NCBI GenBank assembly: GCA_002104905.1
Contig: MCFE01000102.1
Location: 62,001-126,000, forward strand
Length of the DNA: 64,000 nucleotides
DNA from: Basidiobolus meristosporus CBS 931.73
Lineage: Eukaryota > Fungi > Basidiobolomycota
Direction of reading: 5' to 3'
Shown in pieces: positions 13,591 to 26,452 of the stretch; positions within the stretch are counted from its first letter, which is position 1, and every line of letters starts with the position of its first letter. The translations under genes were made by a program, and so were the position numbers. The notes under the pieces are model-generated. The model searched no databases and was not told where the DNA came from. It was given only the letters and a program-made list of their open reading frames with translations.

Positions 13591-15235
13591 ATTGCTCCCA
13601 GTGGAAAGCTTTTGCTTCAGCAGATACTCTCTATCTTAAGTATCTCCAGCTTCCTATTGATTCCATATTCTGGCCAATTACTTATAACTTGCCAACTTTA
13701 CTGAAATTGCATGCTGACTTTTGTATGTTCTCTCAGTGGAAAGATCATGTTCTTGGTGCTTGTGTTTGGGTAATAATAATGTGTGTGAGTTATGGAGTAA
13801 ATCCCCTTGATCTCACTCATTCAACAGCAATACAGTCCATTGTGCCCAGAACAACCTGCTATCATGCTAATGGCTGGGGTATCTTTAATGCAGAAAATAA
13901 CATGCGCTTTTACATGACTGACATTTACTGTTATCCCACTGGAAAGCATACAAAATTTATCTAGCAATGGATACAGGTAGCCATCCAGGTTAGACAGTTA
14001 TTTAGGCCCAGATACCAGTGCAACTACCATTAGATTATTGCTCTGATACAGTACAATGGGTGGCAGCTTCAGGTCAATGAGAATCAGTGGCCAGCAGGAT
14101 TTGCTGGTAGAGTACTTATTTAATTAGAATCCATCAAGTGCTAAAGCAAAAGCATGGTCATACATATCTTCAAAGTGGCCCTTACTTCTTAGCAGTTTGT
14201 AATGTTTACCATTGAATATATTGGAAATGTTTGCGCTTGATTGGTACTGAGTGCAATACTGTATAGCTTTGCAATATTTGTTGGACTGCATCAGCTTCCT
14301 CAGATGGGGTATGACCGGAATATATCTGGAGTGTGAACAATGTTTTACCTCAATGGTGGTGGATTCCTGACAATTTGGACATGTTGCAATGGTATCATTT
14401 TTAGATGTGAATGCCATGCAACTGTAAACACATGCTGGAATCAGGACAGTCTCTGGATCATATATTGCCAGCTGCATGATAATTATCCACTTGTACCATG
14501 TACACAGCAAGTTGCATCCTGGTATGATTTTGGCAAAAAGTAGTAATAAATTCTCAAAGCCCCAATTACTGATATTAATGAAAAGGCGCCACTTCTCAAG
14601 CCACAACATTACAACATTCACCAGTAGCTGGATTACTGGGCTCATATGAGGTGCTGCTGTTAGGGAGATAGGCTCAAAATCCATCAGTGAACCTTCTTTA
14701 TCAGAGCTATCACTCTGCAGGCCATATTCAGACGGCTGAGGTGGGCCTAAAGGCATCACAAACTCACCTGGCTCAGTTTGTGCAAGGTGACAAGGACGGC
14801 CAGGTGCCAATATAGAAGTATCAACTGGCCAGCAAGATAATGTTGGTACAGTAGTGACCAATGAATGGTCAAATATGACTTGGGTGGCAAAACACTGGCC
14901 ATGATCTTTGTAATACTTCCTATGCTGTGTGCATGCTTCATAGCTGAGAGGCTTGCCACAATAGTCACAGGGTCTTTTTTCTCTTCTCTTACAGTGTTGA
15001 GTCAAAGTTGTCTTGTCCATGGGGCTAACAGTTTGACCTTCAGCAACATAATGCTATTATATCACTTTTTGGTTAATAGTCTTGTGAACTCTAGACAGTA
15101 TTACATTTGAGACATTGAACCCACATGAATGTAAGATTGAATGATGACCCACAATAGTAAGCATTATAAATAAAGTTGTGGCCCCATATACACACATATA
15201 TGTAACACTATTTCCCCTTTGGTTTGACTTACCTC

Positions 15236-15602
15236 TGTTATGATCTGCCGCTTGAATATTTAAGTTAGATCAGTTTTTAGTCAAATCAATTGTTATATGT
15301 TTAGGTTATCAGTGTATCAGTATTTTCTATAAAATCAGTAGCATTAGTCAGCAAATGAATCAGCAGATCCTATCAGACAGAAATAGATACACTAAGTAGG
15401 ATCTTATTGGGTGATGATGATGCAGTCAAATGAGTCATCAGCAACAACCTACATTAGGAAATACAATTAGTCAGCAATTGATCAGGCAAAATGTATACAA
15501 GGAGCTGCTGGAACCTTAATAAAAATCAGTTCAAGTTTTAGTGAATACAATACTAGCTAAACTCCCTATTCCTCTACAACTCTTATACCAAGACTTGTAA
15601 CA
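15236..15602. repeat. Solo LTR (367 bp) in the intergenic promoter of copy B
   Basis: TGTTA...TAACA termini; 4-bp TSD CCTC at 15232-15235 and 15603-15606; absent from copies C and D. Confidence 0.8.
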
Positions 15603-15613
15603 CCTCCATATCT

Positions 15614-17562
15614 ACGCTGCCAAGAAATAAAGCAAAGTAGTCTGGTTCTCAACCAAACCCCACCTCTGATGGCAACCAAAGAATGGTTAGACAGCAGCTT
15701 GTTTTGACATTCAGTGCAACAAGCAGGGCTACATCCAAAAAAGGCCCTGTGGACAGTGAGCCCATTGAAGGAAATAATGTGGACTCCTCAGGCTCTCAGT
15801 CAAGTAAGCAATTGAGAACCTCTGCAGAGTAACAAGCTGACTGTTATGCTCAGCAGAATGTAGCAAACGCAGTACCCTCAGTTGAAGATCAGCAAGTGGC
15901 CATGATATCATCACCACCACCCATGTTAGCAAGTATGTTGTCAGCTCTTGTCAAGGCAATAATGAAGCAATCAGATGCAGTGGATGATAGGATAGATACA
16001 ATGGCCTAGAGAAATCAGGAAATAGTTCAGAAACAGGAAAAGCAGATAATATGTGTAGAGCAATCAATCCTCCAGGTAGAGAAAGCAGTATCTTTGCTGC
16101 AAAGAAGGAACTCTTGTAGCACAATGTCACAGCTAAGTGTTGAGCCATTTCCCAATGTAACAGCAGAGGAGCACTGTACAGTCTTTGAAGCACAACAACA
16201 GTGCCCAACAATAAAGCCCACAGAAAGACCTATTACAGCATGGGAGGGAGACAATGTGGTGTTTATACCAAAGCCTAAAAATCAAAAGACTATGAAGATC
16301 CATGAAGCCATTGAGTGCAATAATGAGGAGTGGGCTAATATACAAGAGGCTGTCAGAAGTCTAGAATGCCATCACCTTAAGGCCAGCATACCATGGGTCC
16401 ATCAGGAACTTAAGGCCAAGCAGAATACACTTGGCTTGTCCCACAAGCATTATCCTGGATTTGTGCTGGCAAATGGATTTTGGGCCAGCATTGGTATGCT
16501 AAGAAAGTATCTTAAGAGTAGCAGAAACCACCAAAGGCAGCAGAACAAGGGTGCAATGGCAAAAAACCAGTGGCATTCTCAAAAGCCCATTACAAGCAGG
16601 GCCAAAAGCTCAAGAAAAGTGTCAAAGAGATGTCAGGTAGCTTGGAGAGTGCCAATTAGGGACAAGCAGGCAGATATAGATGTACCAGCACAAGATTTAT
16701 CAAGGAAAAAGCGTAGTACCACTCAAGAAGCACCCTGTCAAAGTAGAAGTGAAGGACCTGGCAGTGATAAAAACCAGCCGCTTTTACAGGAGCCTATTGC
16801 AATTACGGTTGAGAGCTCAAAAAAGCAGAAAAGAAATGTAAGGTTGCCAGACAAGTGCCAGCAAGGGACAAGCAGGCCAATACAGATGCATCAGAGCAGA
16901 ATATATTCAGGAGAAGATGTAGTTCTTTACAAGAAGCACTCAGACAAAGTAGCAGCAAAAGACCTGGCAGTGATAAAGGAAAAGGCAAAGGGAAAAATAT
17001 CTACCCACGCCTGAGACAGGGAGGCATGTAGAATAGACTACAGTTCTCGCCAATTAACACCACAACCCTGGAACAGACTGAATCTCATCATAGCCAAGAA
17101 GAATTACCAACAAGAAAACAGCTGTCTTCACATGAGTTGGAAGTGCAGCCAGTTGAGCTACACTCCAGCAAGGTAGAGGAGTTTACTAAAAAAGGCAATT
17201 TGTGTACCACAGCCTCCACAGCCTCCATTGTTGACAAAGTGGAGATCCCACTGGCAGGCAAGGCTACAATGTCAAGAGCTCAAAAGACTATCACAAGGCC
17301 TTCAGTGGAATTTTGGAACATTAATAGGCACACCAAGAGGTTGCAGCACTTCTTAAAGAGCAGTGCTCAAGATAATGTACTGGAATATTGCAAGGATTTA
17401 TTGCAAAGACTGGCAGATGAGGTGTTAGACCCTGCAGCGCCAGCTGAAGACCACAATACATGGGAACCAGTGAATGAACAGTGGCATAAAACTGCAGAGT
17501 TGCCACCAAAGTCATGGAACCAAAGCATTACAGCAGAAATACTTATCAAGTGGTGGATATAA
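15614..17562 (+). pseudogene. Accessory ORF2 of copy B (unknown function)
   Basis: ORFs 16094-17014 and 17137-17562 are conserved with copies C and D (EWANIQEAVRSL..PWVHQ..YPGF..FW; RLQHF..SAQDN..CKDLLQRLADE..IKWWI). Confidence 0.75.
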
Positions 17563-18503
17563 ATGGAATTATTTGTTAAGTGTGGGGTTGGACTAAATGC
17601 TAGTGAAGGGTACGGGGGCTTGTATAGGTCAACACAATTGGCAATTGAGGTACAACTGAAGTTTCAATAGAAATAAATCAATTTGTGTGCATGAAAAGTG
17701 AGAAACAGTTGAGTCCGGAAGTAAGGAGTGTGAAAAAGAGGCAATAGACAATCAATGCACACAAATGTAGGAGGCAATGGAGTGTCCAGGATCAGAAGGT
17801 GAGAAAATTGGCAGGGAACCAATCAAAAATCACTTATGCATTGCTGTGATAAAATAAATTTGACTACATTTTTTGTGAAATCTGGGGTGCAATTATTTTT
17901 CAACAGTCTCTGGACAGTGTCCTGACAGGATCAGTACAACTTAGTCACAGGACTTTAACTTTGCAACAGCCTTTTGACAGAATCATCTCAGTAATTTTAT
18001 GTAGGGTGATGTCATCAAGAGTCCTAGTGATGCCTGTATTGTCTAGAACCTTGTCATCAATAATCACCTGACAATTAAGCAACGTATTTGAAGGAAGTCA
18101 ATGGCTCATCAACAGATGATTGTTTCTTTCTAACACTTTCCCCTTATTGATTAGGAGTTGATTATTGCTTCTACCTTTAACAGTTACACCTCAGACCTGC
18201 CATCAAGAAGCTTTTCAGGGTAGTGCACAAGACACAAAGTGGCCATTGGAGACACTTGGAACACCTAGAGAGCTTGAGAAGCATGAGCTTTTATCATAGT
18301 GATACTGTGATAGAGACGCATGGAGCTTAGATCTCAAGATTATTGCACCCATCAGACAACACACAAACACATTGAGTTGTGTAGCTTCTCCCAGGAGTAC
18401 TTATATACCACCACACTACTACTGGGTTTTAGCCATTCAGGAATGTTGACCAGACTGAAAGGGTCTAGTCAGTGGCCTGCTGGTGGTATCATGAATCCTG
18501 GTA

Positions 18504-21500
18504 CCCCATGAAAAATAATTTGGTCCTGCAGGTAGATCTAATCCAGATCAACTATCAAGAACCCATTGGGAGACTGCTATATTACCAGCAGCTGGGATTT
18601 AATGACCATTTACACAATCTCACGACAGTGTTTTGCTAATTTTACAGCTAAATAAAGTTGATAAAATATAACAGTATTTGTACAGTGTTTTACCAAGGGT
18701 GGCATGTCATTGTGGTGGTCTTGGTGTGATTTACAACTATTTGAGTAGCACTAACTGGCCACTGCATCCATTTGCCTTATATAGCAAAAAACTTGACAGT
18801 GTTCTAACAGCCTCTTTGCAAGCCTCTAATGGCATTATCACAGCAGTATGGTAGCCTACAGTTAGTTCTGTATAATGTTACCATACCAATTTACCAAATG
18901 CATACTAACCTCTATAAAAATGCCCACCTGCCATAATTGACACACATCTATCACCTGAACTTTACAACTTTTTAGCATGATGCTTGCAACATTGCAATAT
19001 ACCTAATATTGCAGGCAGCATATACATCTTGCAAATATATATTTGGTTACTGCCACTTCTGCTATAAATACCTCCTGAATATCCACAAAGAACTTTCTGG
19101 TATTTAGCCAGTATATTCCTACTCCCTTGTGGATTCTAGTCCCCTTTATAGGTGTGTTCTGGCTCTTGTTTGTGTAAGTTCCATATTGATTGAAGTAGAA
19201 ATTGGCTTGTGACCAAGAGAAATTGGGCACACCTTAGTAGAGTTTTCCTAATAAAAATTAGTTGCATGTTGTACCCAACCAAACTTTGCATTACTAAACT
19301 GATTACCCATGCATTGGGGCTGCTTAGCTTCTTAATGCCATAGTCATAGGTGTCTCCATGTACACATCTGTCCTCAGTATTCTCCAACTCTTTCTGGCTG
19401 TCCTTCATGTGCCAACTCATCACATCCATGACAACTTGAAGGTAATATTATTGATGAGATTGTGATATGGTGGTACCTGCAACTTGACTCATCTTCCCAT
19501 CTCCCCACATATCTGGTCCATAGGAAACTCCCAGAAGGTGAAGCAAGGGCCAGTATTCTCAACACACCAAGCAAGATGGAGTAGCAAATGGATACAGTAG
19601 CAGCAGATATTTATGCATTCAGCTTTATGTTTGTAGTATAGCTGCTCAAATACCATAACAAACTCTTTGCACAAAAGCTGTAAATGTGTCAAGTTTGCAT
19701 TTGTGATCTGCTTCTGGATAAATATTCCTATAATATCCACATATAACTCCTAAATCTTCCAAAGTACTCTTAATAGAGAGGGCTTCAAAGGCTGCTTAAA
19801 TATATACATATCCAGTTCATCCAGTCCTTGTACTTGTATTATTACATATGCATATAATGTTGATTGGAGCCTGTGAGAAGTACTAAGCAAAGTAGGTACT
19901 CTGTAATATCTTGCTAATTCTTTCAAATATCTCCCATATCTCAAAGGGCTCATTCAGCTTGAATAGCCCCTTGTAAACTTGGTCATCAGTATAGGGGTAT
20001 TGTTAAAAAGCAAATGCACGGCTCCCATTGGAAAGCTTTTGCTCCAACAGATACCCTCTATCTTAAGTATCTCCAGTTTCCAATTAATTCCATATGCTTG
20101 CAAATTACTTATAGCTTGCCAACTTTACTTCAATAGTATGCTGACATCTTTATGATTGTTCTGTGGAAAGAGGATGTTCTTAGTGTTGGTGTTTGGGTCT
20201 TAATAATGTGTGTGAGCCATGGAGTATGTCCCCTTGATCTCACACATTTGACAGCAATACCATCCATTGTGCCTAGAAATGCTAGCTATCTTGCTGATGG
20301 CTGGTGTATCTCCAATGCAGATATAAATATGTGCTTTTAGATGATGGTTATCTACTGTTATCCTGCTGGAAAGTACACAAACCTCACCCAGCAACAGACA
20401 CAGGTAGCTATCCAGGTTGGGCAGTGATTTAGGCCCAGACACCAGTGAGACCACCATCAGATTATTGCTCTGATACAGTAAGATGGGTGGCAGCTTCAGG
20501 TTGATGAGAATCAGTGGCCAGCAGGAATTGCTGGTAGAGTACTTGTTTAATGAGAATCCATCAAGTGCCAAGGCAAAGGCATGGTCATACATACCTTCAA
20601 AGTAGACCTTGCTTCTTAGCTGTATTTAATGTTTGCCACCAAATATATCTGATATGTTTGCACTTGATTGATACAGAGTGTGGTACTTTATAGCTTAACA
20701 GTATTAGTTGGACTGCATGAGCTTCTTTATATAGGGTATTACCAGAATATATCCGGAGTGTGAACAGTATCTTCCCCCAATGGTGGTGGATTCCTGACAA
20801 GTTGGACACCATGCAATGGTGGCATTTTTGGATGTGAATGCCCTACAACTGTTAACACAAGGTGGTATCAAGAAAGTCACTGGGTCACATGTTGCCAGCA
20901 GCATGACAGTTGTCCATTTAGATCATGTACATGGCAAGTTGCATCATGGGATGATTTTAGCAAGACATAGTAGTAGATCCTCAAAGCCTCCATAACTGAT
21001 ATTAGTGGAAAGATGCCACTTTTCTAGCCACAACATCACATCCTTCAGCAGTAGATGAATTACTGGGCTTACATGATTCCATATAGTATCATTGGCATTT
21101 TTTCCCCAGGTGTTGCCTCATTGCATAATGAGAATTTGCCAGCCACATGCAGGGTACTGTTGTTAGGGAGGATTGGCTCACAATCCATCAGTGAGCCTGC
21201 TTCTTCAGAGCTATTACTCTGGGTATCATATTCAGAAGGCTGGGCTGAGCCTAACAATGTTAGCAACCCTTCTGACTCAGTTTGGGCAAGGTGACATGTA
21301 CAGCCAGATACTGCTAAAGAAGTATCAAGTGGCTGGCAAGATATTACTGGTACAGTAGTGACTGGTGAATGGTAAATATGACTTGTGTGGAAAAACATTG
21401 GCCATGCTCCATGTAATATGACCTATGCTGTATACATGCTTCATGGCTGAGAGACTTGCCACAATAGCCATATGGTCTTTTTTCTCCTCACTTACAGTGT

Positions 21501-23253
21501 AGAATCAAAATTGTGTTGTCCATGGGGCAAACAGTTTGGCACTCAGCAATAAAGCGTTATTTTATCACTTTTGTATCAATATTTATGTGAATTCCAGAAA
21601 GTCTTATATTGGAGATATTGCACCTACATGAATGTAAGATTATATGATGACCCACCATAGCAAGCCTTATAAATAAAGTCAGAACACCACATACACATGT
21701 AAATAGAACACCATTTCCCCTTGAGTTTAACTTACTTACGTATATATGCCCCCAAAAACAAAGCAGAGTTGTCTAGTTCCCACTCCTGACAGCAGCAGAA
21801 GAATAGTTGGACAACAGCTTGCTTTGACATTCAGTGCATCAAGTGGGGCTACAACTAAAAAAGGTCTTGTGGACAGTGTGCCCACTGAAGTAAATTATGC
21901 AGACTCCTCTGGCTCTCAATCAAGTAGACAATTGGGAACCTCTGCAGAGCCATAAGCTGACCATTATGCCCAGGCAGATGAGAATGTAGCAAAAGCAGAA
22001 TCTTCAGTTGAAGACCAGCAAGTGGCTGTCATAACACCACCATCACCTATATTAGCAAGTATGTTGTTAGCTTGTACCAAAGCATTAATGAGGCAATTAG
22101 GTGCAGTGGCTGATAGGAGAGATGCAATGACGCAGAGAAATCAGGAAATTATCCAGAAACAGGATGGGCAGATGCAATGGCCCAGAGAAATCAGGAAATA
22201 GTTCAGAAACAGGACAAGCAGATAATATGTGTAGAGCAATTAATATCCCAGGTTGAGAAAGCTGTATCTTTACAGCAAATGAGGAATTCAAGCAGCTCAA
22301 TGTCACAGCCAAGAATTGAGCCATTTCCAATTGTGACAGCAGAGAAACACTGTACAGTCTTTGAAGCACAATAACTGTGCCCAAAGATAAAGCCCACAGA
22401 ATGACCCATCACAGCATGGGAGGGAGACAATAAGAAGTTTATGCCAAAGCCTAAAAATCAAGAGACATTTAAGATCCATGAAACCGTCAGGTGCAACTTC
22501 AAAGAGTGGGCTAACATTCAAGAAGCTGTAAGAAGTCTAGGATGCCAACACCTTAAGGTCAGCATACTACGTGCCCATCAGCAACTCAAGGTCAAGCAGA
22601 ATGCGCTTTACTTGCTCCATGAGCTTTAAACTGGACTCAAGCAAGCAAACGGTTTTTGTGCCAGCATTGGTGTGCTAAGAAAGTATCTCAAGAATAGCAG
22701 AAACTATCAAAGGAATTAGAACAAGGGTGCAATGGCTAAAAACCAGCAGCTTTCTCAAGAGCCTGTTAGAAGCAAGCCTGAATCCTCCAAATAAGCGTTG
22801 ATGAGGCATCAAGTAGTTGGAAAAGTGCTGATAAGGGAAAAGCAGGCAGACACACATGCACCAGCACAACATTGACCAAGGAAAAAGAGTACTCCTACTC
22901 AAGCAGCACTCAGTAATAGTATCAGTGAAGGACCTGGCTGTGATCAAAATAAGCAGCTAGCTGGAGTCAGGCAGTAAGAACTGTGAGTTACAGGCAATAG
23001 CTAATCAAGGCACTTAAGCATAGGAGGTGATAGAGTGACTGTGATCAGAAAGTGAGCAAATTGGCAGAGAACCCATCAAAAGAACTTTTGTTTTGTTGTG
23101 ATGAAAAATTTTGACCAAGATTTTTACAATACCTTGGATGCAATTTTTTTAACAGTCTTTGCATGGTGTACTGATGGAATCAAGTCCTCTTAATCACGGG
23201 ACTTAGAATTGGAGTTGGCCCTTTGATGGGATCATCACAATAATTTCATGGGG
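18504..23253 (-). mobile_element. CACTA/CMC-type DNA transposon copy C, complete (4750 bp)
   Basis: 10-bp TIR CCCCATGAAA / TTTCATGGGG; 3-bp TSD GTA at 18501-18503 and 23254-23256. Transposase ATG at 21523 (minus; DGF, CIGDTPAISK..HNGWYCCQMC); ORF2 ATG at 21746 (plus). Confidence 0.92.
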
Positions 23254-23284
23254 GTATATTAATTTTGAGGCAAGCAAAACCGCA

Positions 23285-23740
23285 GTTTCCCTGAAACATC
23301 CATTGCATATTGTTCCAAATAAAGGCAGTCTTATGCTGATGATAAGGATGGGTATCAAATTGGTGAAATGCATACCTTGAGTCCAGCTTGGAAAATATAT
23401 TTGCCTCAAGTAAGGACAAAAAGATATATTGGATACTTGGAATTGAAAATCTATCATATTAGAGCAGTTTATTAAGAGGTTGGGGGTTCAAACAGGGTCT
23501 CTTGATTGCTAAATTTCCATCAGCATCATCAGTAAGTGCTAGTGTCAAAGGGCTGTTGAATGTAGTGCTAACAGGGGCTTGATGATAGGTCCTTAGTCAT
23601 GCTACTTGAGAACTATTTCATCAACAAGGTGTTAACATGAATATGGAATAGAGTATTGCCTCCTCCATCTTGACTCACCAGGTGTAGTTTCTAGCGTAAC
23701 AATGGATTCCAGAATGGTGCAGTAACTGTTCCTCAGTATG
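23285..23740 (-). pseudogene. Ty3/gypsy RT N-terminal half remnant
   Basis: Minus-strand translation RRQYSIP, FNSPLTLA..KRPCLNPQPLNKLL.YDRFSIP and IFSKLDSRYAFHQF..HKTAFIWNNMQWMF. Confidence 0.85.
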
Positions 23741-23809
23741 TCTTGGTTGCTCTCTATGGGCCACTCAATAACCAACTTGACTGATTAAAAATATGCTTGA
23801 ATTTTTGGG

Positions 23810-24392
23810 ATTGAAAGTTCAGGTAGCAGCAGGTAACAGTGATCACACTAATCCACAAGTTGGTATATTGATAAAAGGGAGGATGATTTATTATTGAACA
23901 ATTTCCTCCCTTATATACTTTTCTCACTTGCTAAGTGATTACTAATCTTGGTGTTCCAGAAGGTTCTGAAGATCAATAGAAATCTTGATGACATTAAAAT
24001 GAGCTAAGAGTATTCTAAGTAGGTGCCAAAAGATCCTAAGAGGCACAGCACATCTGACCAATCAGGAATCAATATTCTGAAGCCTGTGTAGCATTTGGAT
24101 ACCCCAAGTGGTATAGAAATCTTAGGGATGGTGACATAGACTGGTCAGGTGTAATGGGTACTGGCACAGGTACTTGCCTAATATAAAAGCATTATAGCTA
24201 CTAATTTTAAATAAAATGAGGGAAAACTCACGCAATAAGGTAAGCTGGTGTTATAGTCAGCCAGCCTATGGAAGAGTATTGATTAACAAAGACAAATGAG
24301 AAAAAACTGAAATAAGTGTAGTAGAGAAATAGGGAAGTAAAAAAATGGGAATGAGCACATCTGTTGGTGGGTGTCACTGTAACCACACCATG
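23810..24392 (-). repeat. Truncated gypsy LTR (family G-a), inverted
   Basis: Its reverse complement aligns with the first ~570 bp of 37803-38861 (CAGTGACACCCAC.AACAGATGTGCTCATTCCC). Confidence 0.8.
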
Positions 24393-25790
24393 CTGGGTTT
24401 GGTGAAGGTGTCCAGATCAATGACTACCTGAGGTCCATCTGGAATGTTGATAACTTTCATTTGATGGATTACAGTTATTGGGCTTCAATGTGTGATGATT
24501 GAGTTGGTGATACCAATTCTTGGGGCTAAAAGGTCTTTGGCTTCAAGTATGAATTTTCCTGTTTGTTTTTCTATTTCCAATTTGAGTTGTTGAATATATC
24601 AGGTGATGCAATAGTGATGAATGATCCAGTAATTTGTAATGACACATACAATTGGCCATTGAGGGTAAGTGGCACCTGTATAGCTTTTCGCTGTTTGATT
24701 TGCTGCTTCTTTTCTTCAACAGTTACAATTCTGGACAGAAATTCAAAGAGGTTGTGATAATACTAGGCTGGATGTTCCTCATATACTTCCTTATATCTTG
24801 TCATATCACTGACAGAATGATCCTTTAGGATTCAAGTAGCCTTGCGGATGGTGTATAGTTGTTCCCTGGACAAGCAGGTGATCTATGTCCCATCCTTCCA
24901 CATTTAGAGCAGTTGTCATCAGCATTTGAATTATCAGCTTTGGTGCTTTGCCACTTCTCTGGGGCATTTCCTCACTTGTTTGACTGCTTGGGGATGACTT
25001 TGCATGCGCTTGTAGAATGTTAGGACCTTCCAAGCAGCGCACAATGTGTGGTAGCAAATGACTTCTTCTTTATTACACAAATGGTTGCTTTTCCAGTTGT
25101 TGCTAGATCTTAAGTAGAGTTGCCTGAAGTCTGGCTGACAGCTGCAGTCATGGTAGTTGCAAGTGTACATATTTCTGAGATCATGTCATAAGTACATGCA
25201 GGGTTGCGTGCACTGACAATAGCAATATTGCCCTGAAGCTGGTATGAAAAGTTTGAAAGAATATAAGCTATAAATGACAGATTATCATTACTAACTCTGG
25301 CTAATCTCATTTGTCTTTGGAATCTATTACAGAAGTAATGCACAGATTTGCCCTTTTGCATTCTAGTCTTTGATAAGATGCAGCTCAGATTTGCTTTCTT
25401 AAGAGGATCTTCAAAATGAGTGCAAAATAGGCATTGGGCAATTTCCAATCACTATTTGAAGGAATGCCAACTTCAACCTAGTAAGCATCCTGCATGGTGA
25501 GAAAGTGAGGCAGTGGACCAGCCCATTTTGTGGCAGGGCCTAGCGGGTGTGCTGCTAATATATGACAAACCTTGTAAATAAGTTCAGTTGGATTCTTTGT
25601 GGTATTGCCTGCTTCAGAATAAAGAGGCAAGTATCTTAGTATAGCCTCTAGTGCAGGTCTTATGGGAGATGTAGATCTGGAGGATCCAACACCATCACTC
25701 TCAGTGGCTAATGCAAAGCAAGGCTTGGCAGATTTTTGATGCTCCCTAAGTGAAATCACTGTCATGATCCCATAGTATGTCACAGACCTA
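24393..25790 (-). pseudogene. Gypsy gag-protease remnant
   Basis: ORF fragments 25478-25783 and 25110-25448 (TRMQKGKSVHYFCNRF is gag-like) and a protease-like QVPLTLNGQ stretch, upstream of and on the same strand as the RT at 23285-23740. Confidence 0.6.
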
Positions 25791-26452
25791 GCAAGTCATC
25801 TTGGGGAGCACCAGTGCTTTTTGTGAAAAAGAAAGATGGAACACTTAGGATGTGCTTAGACTACAGAGCCCTCAACTTGGTTACAGTGAAGAATAAGCAC
25901 CCCATACCTTGGATTGATGAGCTTTTGGACCAACTCAAAGCAGCTATCATATTTAGCAAGATTGACCTTGTGTCAGGATACAACCAGATTAGGGTGAAAC
26001 CAGAAGACATCCCCAAGGCAGCATTCAGGACCAGATACGGACATTATGAGTACCTAGTCACAAGTTTTGGACTCACCAATGCCCCTGCAATATTTGTGAC
26101 CTTGATGAAAACAGTCTTCCAGGAATACTTAGAAAAGTTTGTGGTAATCTACCTAGATGACATATTGATAAACAGCAAGACAGAAGAGGAACACTTGGTG
26201 CATATTGAAAAGGTCTTGAAGAAGCTAAGAGAGAATAAGCTTTTATGGCAAGCTACCCAAGTGTGAGTTCTTCAAGGAACATGCCAAATACCTGGGACAC
26301 AGAGTAACTAACACAGGAATGACCTTAGACCCCAAAAAGGTTGAAGTCATCAAGAATCTGAAGTAGCCCAATAGCGTATCAGGCCTCAGATCATTCCCAA
26401 GAATGGTTTCCTACCATTGGAGATTTGCCAAGTCCTTTGCAAGCATTGCAGC

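Larger units (their letters stand above)
10426..15020 (-). pseudogene. CACTA (Transposase_21-like) transposase pseudogene of copy B
   Basis: CDYC zinc-finger-like N-terminus, CPNC..RYIPVIPHLRKLM, HAFALALDGF, then HWNHWESY and GPCFNFWEFPLEQMFG; many stops and two insertions. Confidence 0.88.
9949..18006 (-). mobile_element. CACTA/CMC-type DNA transposon copy B, complete, two divergent genes, three nested insertions
   Basis: Termini CCCTATGAAAA...TTTTATGTAGGG; 3-bp TSD TGA at 9946-9948 and 18007-18009; transposase on the minus strand, ORF2 on the plus strand. Confidence 0.9.
9550..18200 (+). repeat. Gypsy-type LTR (family G-b), split by CACTA copy B into 9550-9948 and 18007-~18200
   Basis: Starts TGTCATGGTAGGG. 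The two halves rejoin to match the uninterrupted copy at 31025-31560 (TTTTAGCTCATAGTGATGTCATCAAG). Right end is uncertain. Confidence 0.7.

Noticed and set aside
18200-18503. Continuation of the host gypsy RT
   Set aside because: No RT motifs in any minus-strand frame; the segment is unassigned and possibly the rest of the G-b LTR.
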